In this document: piece after piece, positions 1-14,209 of the stretch
Position numbering within the stretch: position 1 is the stretch's first letter
Layout: each line of letters begins with the position of its first letter
Source of the DNA: Glaucostegus cemiculus
Taxonomy: Eukaryota
Length of the DNA: 64,000 nt
Direction: 5' to 3'
Assembly (NCBI GenBank): GCA_976551045.1
Contig: CDPCPM010000016.1
Coordinates: forward strand, 8,060,001-8,124,000
Translations under genes and position numbers: made by a program
Notes under the pieces: generated by a model
Databases searched by the model: none
What the model saw: the letters and a program-made list of their open reading frames with translations, nothing else
Told to the model about the DNA's origin: nothing

Positions 1-937
1 GTCATTAAAGGATGATCTGATGATTCAAGGATTTGATTATTACATGGAGAACAAGAGGGCAATACCTTATTATGAGGAACAAACCATGCAGAGCAGATGT
101 CAGGAAAGCTACCTTCCAACAAATAGTGTCAAAATTTGGAAATCTTCTTCTCACCCTCTTCCCCCTCCTTTGCTTCCTTTGCTCCTCCCAAACCTAAAGT
201 AGGATCAAAACATTGAGGGGAATAAAATCAAAAAATGGCATTGATTTTGTTAAATAAGGGTATCAAAAGTTAAGAAGATGGGTAAAAATAGAATTAGGCC
301 ATGAGCTAATTGAATAGGATCATTCCAAGATGACCATTCCATCATGGGAAGTCAACCTTCAAACTAAAGATGACGCATCTGCCAGGAACTTTAACTGAAG
401 AAAATAACCTAAAATACAAACCTAATTACATGCAAGAGAGTAATAAATATTTCAATTTTTGCAAATGTAGGTGTGTTTGTAAATAAAATTCTGGGCAGAT
501 TATAGATGGAAACCAATCATTTCATTTTAAATAGGTTTGAAATAAGCTGCAATCTCTTAGATCTGGGCTGTGTTTTGTAGCAGGATGATGGAGACCAGAG
601 GTGAAGAGAAAAATGTTAAGCAGATGAGTAAATCTCCAAGTGAGCTATACGTTGTTATTTTGGTTACATCGAATTGGTGTGTCGTTTCCTGTATGTAAAT
701 AAGAATCCTCAAATGGAGTAGAGAAGAAATGCTGGGAACAATTCCTTGATGCAGAAAAAAATCATATTCCAGAAGCAACGAAAATACATTTAAAATAGTA
801 AAATTAAATAATTTACATTTTTAATGCCAGAGGTAAAATATAGACCTCAATGTTTTCACTTTATATTCTAATTATAATCAGGTTTTATGCTTGCCAGAAT
901 AAAGAAAATCCATCAAAATGAATGAACTCTTTTGCAG

Positions 938-1022
938 GTAATTCATTCCAAAAACCTCCTGCGAAGTGGAACATTGGTAGGAATGTTCAAGCTTGATATA
1001 GGAACTATCTATTCCCAACCAG
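938..1022 (+). CDS. OTOF: OTOF window exon 1 (85 nt), C2B C-terminal part
   Basis: tttgcag|GTA...CCAG|gtaat; encodes [28 protein letters not shown]. Confidence 0.95.
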
Positions 1023-1526
1023 GTAATCATACTGAATTACATGCAATCTACAACACATAAATATGCTGACTGCCCCCACTGGTTTATATTAGTATTTATA
1101 TAGTACTCTGAACAAGCTTTCTCCTAACCCTTTTCCCATATTCCTTTATTCTGCCGGCTTTTATCTATCCTGACATTTTATTTGTAAATCCTATCTCTCA
1201 CCATCATTTAGTTATTCTTTCCATCAGATCCTTCTAAGGGATCTTCTACGTAGTGGTGAGATAATTAATATTTACTGAACAATGCTGTGAACTTGCAGAA
1301 AATTGATGACACTTGGACTCATATCAACAAGGAATCCTCTTTGTTTCCAAACTAATAGCACTATCTTTAGGTGGCTGAACTGCCATAATAATTTTTAATC
1401 ATTTTTACAAATAAAAGACACATTACAATGAATTAATATTTTATTTGCAATCAGCATCAATCCTTTAAGGTGGTCAAAATTTGAATCTCCAGGTATGCAA
1501 CCTTCCTATAAATTTCTCTTGTTTAA

Positions 1527-1691
<165 letters not shown>

Positions 1692-2550
1692 TAAGAAATT
1701 AATTTTCTACTTAAGAATTTGAAAGATTTTCAGTGCTTCTATTTAAGATGACTTGAAATTGATTTTAAAATGTTTCTGATTTTTCTCTAATAAAAAAATA
1801 AAAATGAATGTGTTGTACGTATAAGCTGTAGTTAAATATTAAAAAGTGATTTCTAACAATTTGGAGATTGTCAAACAAGATAGACAACTGGAAATATTCA
1901 GCAGGCCAGAAAGCACACAATCCACATGATTTCCTCTGCAGCACTCGTTCTATTCAAGGAAGAATGGAATTCTAGTCTGATCACATTACTTCTGTTTGAT
2001 TTTTGAAAAATATTTGCATGCCAAATGCTATGTGCGAGATTTATACAGAGAGAATATTATTAAGAATATAATTATGGGGAAGATTTTCTTTGACTATGTA
2101 TGGCACAGCAGAATACAAAATAATTCTCTGTTACTGTCTTAATGTCATTTTAAATGTTAGATTAAAGTCAATTTTTGCCATCAGAAACTCTTGTGATAAG
2201 TGCTAAATTTTAATATTATACAGTCTTCATAAAAATTGTTCAGTACACCCATTTTTAATTTGTTTTAAACACATGATTTAAAAACAGTCAATGGCATTGA
2301 AGTGTTTCATAGTGCCTTTTGTAAGTGACCTTAATGTCATAAAATGGATGGTGATTTTGCTTCATTCCCAGTATTATTTTTGCCAGTATATTTCCCTCAA
2401 CAATCCTCAAAAATTACAATCTACTGTTAGTTGGAACATTCTGGCAAGGAAATCATGCCTTGTCAGGCTGGAACTATGGTCTTTAAAGTGAAATAACCTA
2501 AATAAAATATTATTTATTCATTTCTAGATTTAATGATGAAGCCAAAATAG

Positions 2551-2814
<264 letters not shown>

Positions 2815-3817
2815 TAAACCAGTATACTCAATTAATAGCCATTTATTTTACAGAAATGTCTACATAAAGAAACAATTATATTTACGTTTTTAGTTCTTTT
2901 TCTCATTTACTTTCCACTACAGCAAGTCATTTGCCTAACATATCCTTTGAATATAATCTAAAAGTAAATTACTGCAGATAGTGTTTTGCTCTAACGCAGA
3001 AAATATTGGAGTCACTTAACAGGTCAAATAGCATCTGCAAAGAAAGAAACAGCATTACTATTTTAGACTGATGAATTTTCTTCAGAACAATCCTTATAAA
3101 GATCAGTAACCAAAAAGTTTGACCGACAGATTTGTCTACACCATTTTTGTGCTGTTAAACTGGCATTCCATTATTTCCCTGTTGCTACTTTAAGAAGCTC
3201 AAAAGACCACAATATTCAACAGAACACTTTTAGAAGCAATGGTCACACACCTTCATGTAATACCACACTGTTTCAGAAACAGCAGATGTTACTGAAAATC
3301 TCTAAACTGAATTTCTGTCAGTTGCTGGCACTGAGTTACGACATGAATCAGCCCTTATAGGTATCAATGCACGACGCCAGCAGCAGTCTTCCAGCTAATG
3401 GAGAGTGCTGGCTTCACCACTGATCCCTGAGAGCAGGGAGCATGCAGTGGACCACATCATTCATTGAAGCCCTCCAAGGCCAGGTAGACCTGGCAGAAAA
3501 TGCTACAGAGATCTCTGTAAAACATGGTTTTTAAATGCTAACTAATGTATAATTTACTACAACAATTGATCACTATATGATAGTGTATTAATGTCCAATT
3601 CACTCCTAGAAAATAAGTGTTTGAGAATGTTTCAGGAGAGTTTAGCAACTTCTGCAACTTTAATGTAATGTACACACCTTATTTAAAAAAAAACACTTCT
3701 CATTTTCTATTAGTTTGTGTCAAACTACTAAAACCCCATATCCCATATAAGCCCCGGGTGACATAAAATCAGGTGCAAAATTAGATGGTCAAAATCAAAA
3801 AAAAATTAAAATAAAAA

Positions 3818-4145
3818 GGGCAGCATAGCAGTACAGTTTGTAGAGTCGCTGCCTCACAGAATCAGAGATCCAGGTTCATTCCTGGTCTTGGGTGTTGGTT
3901 GTGTGGAATTTGTACATTCTGCTTGACTGTGTGGGTTTCCCCTGGATGCTTTGGTCTTCTCCCACATACCAACCTTGTATTGTCTCTACTGTGTAGGTGA
4001 GCGCTAGAATCTAGGGGGAGTTGGTGAGTATGTGGGGAGAATAAAAAAGTGGGATTAAATTAGGGTCAGTGTAAATGAGTAGTTGATGGTAGGCATAGAA
4101 ATGGTGGGCCAAAGGGCCTGTGCTGTATCTCCTTATGACTCTGTG
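3818..4145 (+). mobile_element. tRNA-derived V-SINE (HE1-like), decayed
   Basis: tRNA-like head with B-box-like GGTTCATTCC; V-domain-like GTGTGGGTTTCCCCTGGATGCTTTGGTCTTCTCCCACAT; CR1-type tail GGGCCAAAGGGCCTGTGCTGTAT...ATGACTCT. Family assignment from recall. Confidence 0.7.
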
Positions 4146-5435
4146 AATGCCATCAGTGGCAGCAAACATCTGTGGTTGGCCCACCTATTAGTGTGGGTTT
4201 ATGTAATGCAGATGGTGTCTGGTCAATGACCTCTCTAACGCAGCAGCAATTAGCAAACTGATATGTGACCTGTATCAACAGGTGTGGGCAGGAATGGTTC
4301 TAGACTAGTATGTTGAAAGTGAGGGTGAGTCTGACTGACCGTGAGAGCAAAGCAGGCATGTGTAAGGTTTAATAAAGGCACATGTGAGTGGGGACAACCT
4401 TGAGGAAGCTTAGCTTGCATGAATGTTGCTCCTCTGTGGCATAAATAAGAGGGTGGAACCCTATGATGCATGGGTGGATAAGACACCAAGCCCTTGTTTA
4501 CCTCTTGCAACAATTCTCCAAAGGTTTCTATGGTGCTTGAGAGTTCTGCATGGTTCACTCAATTTCCACGAAGAGGAGTATTGAGTAAAAACACGAGCTT
4601 GTAAAACCATTGGAACACAAAATCAGAAGCAGGAGAAGAGCATCCTGTCCTTGGAGCCTCCGCCATTCATCAAGATCATGGCTGATTGTTCTACCTCAGA
4701 CACATTTTCCTGCACTGACCCCATGTTCTTTGATTCCTTCAATATCCAGAAATCTATCGAATAGGCATTCAGAGTTAATTTTGGCCACAGTGTACTTTTG
4801 AAATTGAAAGGAAAGATTAGTTTTCTGTGTGAGCTGTGTGCAGGGTAAGCTCAGAGTGGGCAGAGTAATCTGCAGCAGTGTTGCTATGAATGCAGGTTTA
4901 ATATGAATGGCCCTTTAAGTAACATTGTTTCTGAGCTTTCAGTGTAGGTTAAAACTTCAGCTGTCCTTTCTCAGACCAATGTCAATGAAAATTTTGCTAC
5001 TGATGAATTTTGGGCATGATACTACTATCAATGTTGTTAGGGCAAGTTGAATGAACGAGAAACAATTTGAAATTCTCAGACACATTGACAATAAACAAAT
5101 AATGCTATTGGTTTGTGCTGAAGCAGCAGAAACATCTGAAAAATTCCTTCACTTCGTGTTAATGTAATATTCAATTTTACAACACCTTTTACTTAGTTAC
5201 ACCCAGATGAATTTCTAGTCTGTTGACTCTGTTTCTCTCTCCACAAGTACCACCTGTTTTATTCCTGTTCATGTCGTATTCAAAGTATTCATTGGAGTCC
5301 TGGAAGCATCACAGGATATGCATATTTAAAAACCAATATATTATGCATGCAGAAAGTGGTTATATTTAATGATCTGATTTCTTACTGTTTGGAAAATGAT
5401 AAACAAAATCTGTCAATGAAATGATGACTATCCAA

Positions 5436-5830
5436 ACTTTGAAAATATTCAGCAGGTCAGCCAGAAAATGTGGAGAGAGAAACGGTTAACATTTCACAGC
5501 AATTGAAAGTCCAAAAAGCTGCAGATGCTGGAAATCTGAAACAAGAACAGAAAATGCTAGAAGCCCTCAGCAGGTCAGACCTCATTTGTGGGAAGAGAAG
5601 CAGAGCAAGCACTTCAGGTTGAAGATATTGTTTCTCTTCCCACAGATGTGGCCTGATCTTCTGAGTATTTCCAGCATTTTCTGTTTTTGTTCTAGATTTC
5701 ACAACAATTACTTTTCGTCAGGTCATTGACTGTTTCTCCCCTCGCAGATGTTGCCTGACCTTCTGAGTATTTCTGGTATCTGCTGTTTTATTCTAGATTT
5801 CTAGTACCCACGGTATTTTGCTTTTGTAGC
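5436..5830. mobile_element. Two nested palindromic Penelope-derived elements
   Basis: Inner inverted pair (~5510-5700, e.g. CAGAAAATGCTAGAAG vs ATTTCCAGCATTTTCTG) sits between the left and right arms of an outer copy; flanked by ATTTCACAGCAATT (5491-5504) and ATTTCACAACAATT (5696-5709). Confidence 0.7.
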
Positions 5831-6514
5831 TTGCAATCTTTCTTTAGTTGCCTCCTGCCTTCTGTTGCACATTTCCTCTGACAGAAAGAGGAAAAAATTG
5901 TTCCCCTCTGACAAAATCGTTCCCCTCCTGTCACTGGTCACATCTATTTATAAGGCAAGAGATGCAAGAACACATCCAATCTAATAAGCATCTGCATCCA
6001 TGTGCTTCTACTAAAGATAGGTTCCTGGTGTGTTGCTCATTTTCAGATGTTATAGACTTTAACTCTTGGCTATTGTTGAGCTGTGGTGTCAGCTGGGTCA
6101 GTTTCCTTGGTCAGTGTTTGCATATATATTTTAGTATATTGTAAAACATTAGCACTAATGTTGAGGAGATTCTTAATCTAAATTCACTTTATCAATTTAC
6201 GTATGGTGTAAGCTGAAAGCAGTGTTGTTTCCTTGCATGTTCTACTCCAGACCAAGCTACAATCCCAATGAGATTCACAGTTTTTTGTTCAATCAATGTA
6301 AATTACTGCATTTTGAATACAAAATCATGGTTGGAGATAGATTTTTTCCAAATAATGATCATTCCACCTCTTATTTTCCAAAAACTGTAATGATATCAAA
6401 GACCTATCAAGTGTTGTTTACTGAAAGTCATAGTTTCTAAACATAGTTAAGTCAGCCTGATCTTTAATATTAATCACATTCATGTTAACTCTCACACCAC
6501 AAAACCGGAACAAT

Positions 6515-6593
6515 ACCCAAAACGTCAACTGTTTATTTCCCTCCATAGATGCTTCCTGACCTGCTGAGTTCCTCCAGCACTTTGTGTGTTGCT
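6515..6593 (+). mobile_element. Single arm of the Penelope-derived palindromic element
   Basis: AAACGTCAACTG...TTTCCCTCCATAGATGCTTCCTGACCTGCTGAGTTCCTCCAGCACTTTGTGTGTTGCT is very similar to the arms at 28860-28930 and 44000-44070. Confidence 0.75.
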
Positions 6594-6664
6594 AATAATC
6601 CGCTTTCTTGTTTAACCCTGATAACACTAACCTGCTGACAACCAGTCTTTTCATTTCTTGCTAG

Positions 6665-6874
<210 letters not shown>

Positions 6875-7024
6875 TAAGTTTTCTCATTGTCTACAACAAC
6901 ATCTCAAGGTAAATACAAAGGATCCTTTCAATTTCTTCCATTAGATATCTTATGTGTAATTCTAGTGCCTCAGCTGATATAATTTTATCTAAGTCAAGAG
7001 ATGGTCACAGTTTGTTTTTTATAG

Positions 7025-7248
7025 GGTTTCTGCCCACTTTTGGTCCTTCCTGGGTGAATATGTATGGCTCCACTCGTAACTACACTTTAATGGATGAGCA
7101 TCAGGATTTAAATGAAGGTCTTGGTGAGGGTGTATCCTTCAGAGCTCGATTACTTATCAGTATTGGTATGGAAATCTTGGACACAACCTCAACAGAAATA
7201 ATGAGCTCCACTGAAGTTCAAGTTGAATCAATACCACAGTTATCAGAT
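7025..7248 (+). CDS. OTOF: OTOF window exon 5 (224 nt)
   Basis: ttatag|GG...GAT|gtaag; encodes [75 protein letters not shown]. Confidence 0.96.
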
Positions 7249-7974
7249 GTAAGTATTATTATCTGTGAAACTGAGGGCCACATCATCCTACTATTGTTCA
7301 TAAAGAAGGCAGAATTACAAGTATTACACTGAAAAATTGAAAATCCTGCCTGCAATGGAACTGTACAGAGAAATAATTAATTTCATTCAAGGTCTTCCCT
7401 TATTCATGGAGATACCTTCCCACGTGAAATAAACAGATTAATATCTTCAATATTCAATACCATTTGCCAAACCAGCTTCTACGTGTAGGCAGGTTAAGGT
7501 TGGGAGACAAGCACTGGTTCTTGTGATATTTTTTGTGTCACCACAAATTGCATCAATAAAGATGTCCTCAATGGTTCACAGAAGATATTTCATTAGCCCA
7601 GATCCCCCTCCACATCTCCTCAATAATGGACCACTGTGACTAGAGTTATGCAGCCTTACCTGTAAAATCTTGTTGGCTATATCTTATTGGTCAGTACAAA
7701 TTGTTCAGTATTAGGTCCCTTTTATTAAGGGCTTAATTATGCTGGATCGGCTTTGCTGCTGAGAATCACCTTTCGCAGTCCTCATGTACCTGCATTTACC
7801 TGGACCTGATATAGTGGGCTCATGTTGCTGGTTCTACAAAACCCCTAACTCAGTATCGAGGTTCAAACAGTGATTCAGCTGTGGGCAGTGCAGAACTTGC
7901 AGGAAATCAACCCTAATTAAACAAAGAATACAATAGGAATCAGGAGCCGAAAAGTGTCAAGTAACAAAAATACT

Positions 7975-8680
7975 AGGCAATGCTCACCAGTTCCAACAAC
8001 AGTGAGTCTAACCATCTACCTTTGACATTCAGTGGCATGACCATCGCCATGACCCCAGTTTCAACAATCTGGGGGCCACTATTGACCAGGAACACAACTG
8101 GACCAGCCCCATAAAGACCATGGCAAAAAGAGCAAGTCAGAGGATGGATATCCTGTAGAGATTGACTCACCTCCTGACATCCCCAAAGCCTTTCCATCAT
8201 CTGCAAGGCATATCAAAACTGTGACTAAATACTCTCCTCTTGCCTGGATGACTGCAGTTCTCAAGAAACTTAACCTGTACCCTGCCCCAAAACATTAATT
8301 CCTTCTACCACTGGTGTACAGTGGTTGAAGTGTGTATCATTTACCAAACACACTGCAGTTCTCCCATAGGTTACTCCAAACAGCATCTCCTAAACCTGCT
8401 GCCTCCACCACCAAGAAGGCCAAGTGCATCAGGAACATCACCATCTGCAGATTTCCCACCATCATATGCCATCCTGACTTGGAACTATGTCACCATTCTT
8501 CATTTCCACTGGGTCTAATTCCTGGGATTCCCTCTCCAACCATGCTGTGTGAGTACCATCATCTGAAGGGCTACAGCAGTTCAAGAAGTCAGCTCACCAC
8601 CAACTTCCCAAGAGTTGAGATGGGCAATAAATTCTGGCCTTGCCAGTGATGCTCAGATCACAAAAAATGAATAAATAAAA
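7975..8680 (+). mobile_element. Non-LTR retrotransposon 3' portion (CR1/L2-group), decayed
   Basis: RT C-terminal-like coding remnants (LPLTFSG...TIDQEHNWT) and a 3' end GCAATAAATTCTGGCCTTGCCAGTGATGC...ATGAATAAATAAAA; a similar tail recurs at ~33180-33225 and ~35505-35560. Confidence 0.65.
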
Positions 8681-8721
8681 CAGGAGTTAAAATGGCCTTA
8701 GATAAAACCTTTCTTCTATTG

Positions 8722-8947
8722 AGTAAGTTTTTTACTCAGAGAGTGGTGAGTGCGTGGAATGGGCTGCCAGAAGCATTGGTGGAGGCAGATACGATAGGGT
8801 CTTCCAAGAGACTGTTAGATAGGTACATGGAGATAAGTAAAATAGAGGGCTATGGGAATGCCCAGTAATTTCCAGTGTAGGGACGTGTTCAGCACAGCTT
8901 TGTGGGCCAAAGGCCCTGAATTGTGCTGTAGTTTTTCTATGTTTCTG
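8722..8947 (+). mobile_element. CR1/HER1 LINE 3' fragment
   Basis: FFTQRVVSAWNGLPEALVEADTIGSSKRLLDRYM, the typical CR1 ORF2 C-terminus, followed by a GGGCCAAAGGCCC...TGTGCTGTAG tail. Confidence 0.85.
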
Positions 8948-9282
8948 TTGCTAAAAACATTTTATGAAATGATAGGCCACTAAGTTACTAAATACAGTGT
9001 AAATGTGAACCTGTGCTACAGAAAGGCAGCTGTTAATTTCATGCACTTAACCCACCACCCCAAACAACTACCCCAGCCCCCCAGGGGTAGATGTAGTTCC
9101 TTTGGGGTTCAGGAACTCTACTTTGAGAATATTTCATGAACAGATATTTGCTTCTCAGCATTGTATAGTTTAGGAATTAAGCTGTCATGAATTCTTTAAA
9201 AATAAGCTAATAATAACATTAGAGGATTACTTTCTGAACTGAGGACAATGCTGTATTAATATCTTTTAATTTTTAATTGTAG

Positions 9283-9426
<144 letters not shown>

Positions 9427-10619
9427 TAACAAGGTTAATTTACTATTTTGGTGCTCCTTTGAGAGCAAACATTGTGAAATTGTTCATGTCCAACCCATTA
9501 TTAAAATGAGTGGGTAAAATATTATGCCATTTCACAGTGTGTTGTCAGGTAGGCACAGGCAGGGGCATCTTCTAAATTTCCCACATTGGTACTTGCATTG
9601 ATCATAGTGAATGAATATTAACCCCAATATTTTGTAGAGGATAAATAAAATGGATAGAATCACAGGTGCAACTAATGCTGAGTGAACATGAACTCAAAAT
9701 TCCACTCTGCCAATATAATATAACATATCAGCATTGCTTATTATGTTTATTATACATCACCATGGTAAAAACATAATAATCTCAATTTGTCCAATTGTCA
9801 TAAAATTCACAGTGCAGTCACTGTGTTTAGCGTTTTGGGAAAAAAAGGAACAACCAATTAGACAGTAATCTAACAACAACTCCTGAAATAAAACAATTTT
9901 TTAAATGCCTTTACCTTTGGAATCTAAGGCCTTTCCAATAACTGCAAAAGAATGCGATATTCCAAAATATAATAAAGAAGTATTTTAATATGTCTCGTGG
10001 TCATGCAATGAATTATGTTTGCATTTTTTTATTCTAATGAGGCCAATTTGCTCTTCATTAATTCCAGCAAACAATAAGATGTCCAGCTAGTCAATCTCTT
10101 GTGAGATTCAGCCTGATAATCAATGGATCTATGTTGTTTGGACTGGAGTTGGTTGGGTGGATCGTCTTGCACTGTCAGAGAAATCTTCCAACACAGTAAT
10201 TTCCCCACACCAACCTTTAAGTGCCATTAATTTTGTGTTCAGGACTTTTCTCTAAAATTTGAAAAATTAATAGCACCTGTACTAAATCCAAATGATCTCA
10301 TAAGAGGGCTTAATTTATGCCATTATTGAGGTGGTGCTGCATTAATATCCAAACACAGTGAAACATAAATTCAGATCAATAATAAGAAGATAATCACCCT
10401 TTATTTTTTTGTGAATTAAATTCAGAGGGCCTGTTTCTGTGCTGTATAATTCTATGACTTTATGGAATCCGTGGAAGAAAATCTCACATAGAAGTGTTGC
10501 AATCCAATTTATATAAGCAATTAAGTTGTGAATGGTTGTCCACATTAACAGCTGTGGTTCTAATGTTTCACTTATAATCATCTGCAGCAAAGAAGTTTAA
10601 CCTCTCCCCTTCTTCCTAG

Positions 10620-10803
10620 GTAACTATGGAAACCAAATCGATGGAATAAGCAAGCCAACAATTCGTAGGAAAAAAGGTGGAGGGGATGGTGACGAGGAGG
10701 AGTCAGAGCTTCTCCAGAACTCGAGTGAAGATGAAGCAAATGATGATGGGGACCTAGTTTCTGTGTCCTGCACTCCACCAATGAAACCTGTGATTACTGA
10801 CAG
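10620..10803 (+). CDS. OTOF: OTOF window exon 7 (184 nt)
   Basis: cctag|GT...GACAG|gtttg; encodes GNYGNQIDGISKPTIRRKKGGGDGDEEESELLQNSSEDEANDDGDLVSVSCTPPMKPVITD(R). Confidence 0.95.
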
Positions 10804-12854
10804 GTTTGTGTTCCATAAAGGAGGCTATCATCAAACTGTTCACTTGTCTTTCAGATAAAGAACTGTGTGACTTTAAGCACACAACTCTATTGTGCAGTCT
10901 CGGTTTCCTTTCATGAACAAAGGAGCTCTGCTAATGCCCATGTGAGAACAATTTACTCAGGAGTTTCTGAATGGCATCTAAATATGGCACCTTAATATCA
11001 GATGTGAAGCATCAAGAGTCTCCTCTCCATTAATCTGACAATATTACAGTTGTATTGTACTTGGTGTGAAGTACAATTAATGCAAATTGCTAACTTCTGG
11101 AATTGATTTTCCTTCCTTTGATCAAAAGCAGACTTGTGTGAGAACAAGTTTAAACACTATCTCAAAGCCTCAGTAGTTTAGATGAAGCTCCACCCCGACC
11201 ATGCCTCAATCAAAAGCTTTTTGGGGCTTTCTGGAGGAGGGGAGGGGTCTCAATAGTCTGAGGCCTACTTGCCACAGAGACCTCACCACAACTTACTGGA
11301 GGCCTCTGTGTGTGGTGAGTCCAGGTGATAAGCCATGGTCTGAGTGAATGTGGGAAGAAATTGAGCTATGATCTGTTTACGATGGTTCTGCCTCAAACTA
11401 TTCCACAGATCTTTTATTCTTAATTGGATGAATGGTGTAAATCAGTGAGACTAGTAAGATCTCTATGAACAAAGCAAAATTTATTTCCCTGCATTTGCTC
11501 CGCGTCAACATAGGAAGAAAAGCAAGGTGCAATTGCTGTCAGGCATTGTTGAAAGCCTTGAGGTTGATCTAAATTAGGCAGTTAGGATGTACTCTGAAAT
11601 ATTAAAAGTGACCACTGTTTGGAATGCTTCAGGTGGACTTCCAGTCTCCTCATTCACAAATTATTTTCTTTGTTTCGACCCCACCTGAAGCCAGCTGCCA
11701 ACTGCACTGTGTCATATTTCCAGTAGCACTCTGAAGTAGTAAGAAGGGATAGAGTGAGGAAGTAACTCGCACGCCGCTTATCAGACAGAGTGGACCCAAG
11801 AATAATTCAGAATAAAGACGAGCGGCAAAAATAGAAAATCAGCTGATAGTTTGTCAACAAGGAAACTGTGTTCATGCCAATGGTCATAATCTTTTGTAAA
11901 TCTGATGTACTTTCCCAGTAATGCTTCTAAGCTACAATTTTGAACAGTATAATTGGAAGAGATACTCAAGGCCTCATCTATTAGAAGCAATGGTCATATT
12001 TAAGCACATTTAAGTGCATTTGGGTCTTGCAGAAATTTTAACGAAAATGAAATTGGATTGCATTGAGTTCTATTATACTGCTTCAGATAGGCCATCTCAG
12101 AATAGATTGGGAATCACCCAATTTATGATTGATTAATGATTACTCTGGATGTCTCTTGGGATTCTTCCATGTACCGAAATCCCAAAGAAGCTTAAATGCC
12201 CTTGAAGTTTTGAATAAATCCAAGCAATTGATTTAATTTCTCTGTTTTCCAAGAAAAAGTACAGCACATGCACCATTCCTCACCCAGAGAGTTAGAAATA
12301 TTATGTTACTTGTGCATGCCCGTGTTTGCTGTGAGAGTGCACTGTCTTGTAATGGAATGAAGTCAGCAATGTGCCATCACTGCTGCATTAAGAGACGTAG
12401 ATGTCTGCTGCGTTGTTTTGTTTGCTGACATTTAAAGAAGACAAATTTTAATCAAGTGTTTTAAATGCCTATGTATTAAGCTATTTTGGTCCACAATAAT
12501 GCATGCACCAATAATGGTGATTCCCTTAAAAATTAGATTTCATGACATCAGTCTGTAAGGCCTGGTTGTCAGAGTACGACATGCAATAGGTAGAAGATAT
12601 GTTACGAAGGATTAATTTTACATCTGTATTGCTACTTATTTTTAATGCGAAATATCAATGTTGAGAGTACGAAAATAACACTACTATAAGTAGAACAAAT
12701 AAAGTACTTTTATTAGACAAATATTAATACTTTTGAAAAGTGAAGGATTATATTAGGTTTGTGTAACTGATGATACTTTCAGCAACATTCTGATAGTCTA
12801 TCAGTGAACGGCATCCAGAAGAAAACAATGTGCATAATAGGAAAAGCCTATTGA

Positions 12855-13025
<171 letters not shown>

Positions 13026-14209
13026 TGATATTCTTTTTCTAAACTATCTACTTGAACAGGGTCTTTCCCACTGGCACATTACACTGAAATGAAAAAAAAC
13101 CCTTTGAGTGCTGAATGGCAAAAAATTGAGGCAAGCAGCATGACATTTAACTGAACCCTGCAATTCAATTTCAATAAGAAATCAATTGTCAGGGAAAGTT
13201 TGGATTAAAATAAACTAGTTCCATAAAGTCTGCAATTTGCTTCCCAGCTGCTCCATACTATAGAAGCTCTAATGCATGGAGGAGCTAAACTTGCACAGGC
13301 TGTCAAGCATACTTGGTACAAATTACCTGATTTGTGAGCATGCAACAGAGTCGGTGGGAAGTTCAAGCCGCTCATACAGAAGCCCGGCTTCACAACATTC
13401 CTTCTCCAGTTTTTGGGTACTTGCATGTCCCAACAACCCATATCCTGTTGTATGACCATCATGATCAGGAGTCTATCCCTCACCCCCACTCTTACCTTCA
13501 GCTCAATTTTTGCCACTGTCCCCACACCTCCAATGGCCCACACTCCCAACCCCACTCCACTCCACCAACCCAAATCACACACCTTTTTGATCGTCAGGCT
13601 GACCCCTACAAAAGGTCCTAATCCACTCTAGCTGATGTCCCAACTCTCCTAGCACCCTGCACTCCCATTTCCCCAATATCAGCCAGATCCAGATTTGACG
13701 CCAAACCAGTTTTTTGGTGTTCCACTTATTCATCGTCCAGCCCCTTGAATTTTGCTGCAGCGGGGCCTTGGATCATGTGCTGTTAGCCCTCCACACATAT
13801 CCCATTTAATGTAGCTTGGCAGATGCCATATCATTTCAAGTCATTTGTAAGCTGCCAAAAAATTAATTTTCTTTTCGATTTTCCAACACTTATGCATGGG
13901 ATTTTTTTACTGGATCTGTCAATTGACACAAATTAACCTGATTGCAAATAACTACATTAATTTTTTAAATATGTGATAGTCACCAATGAAAATGCTAATT
14001 GTACTGCGGTGTTCATAGTTTTCAAAAAATACAAATGAAGCATACTCTGATACTTTATTCTCCCAACTATTGCTTGAACCAAGAACATTTCCTCCCCTCC
14101 CTGCACTGTATCTCAGATATTAGGCTCCCCTCCCAAATCACCCCTGGCTGCCTCCAGGCACCAGACACCCCAGCCGACTCAGTAACACAAAGTTAATCAT
14201 GCTGTATAG

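Noticed and set aside
13205-13631. Three overlapping ORFs of 72-125 aa
   Set aside because: C-rich low-complexity intronic sequence; no recognisable domain or exon signals.
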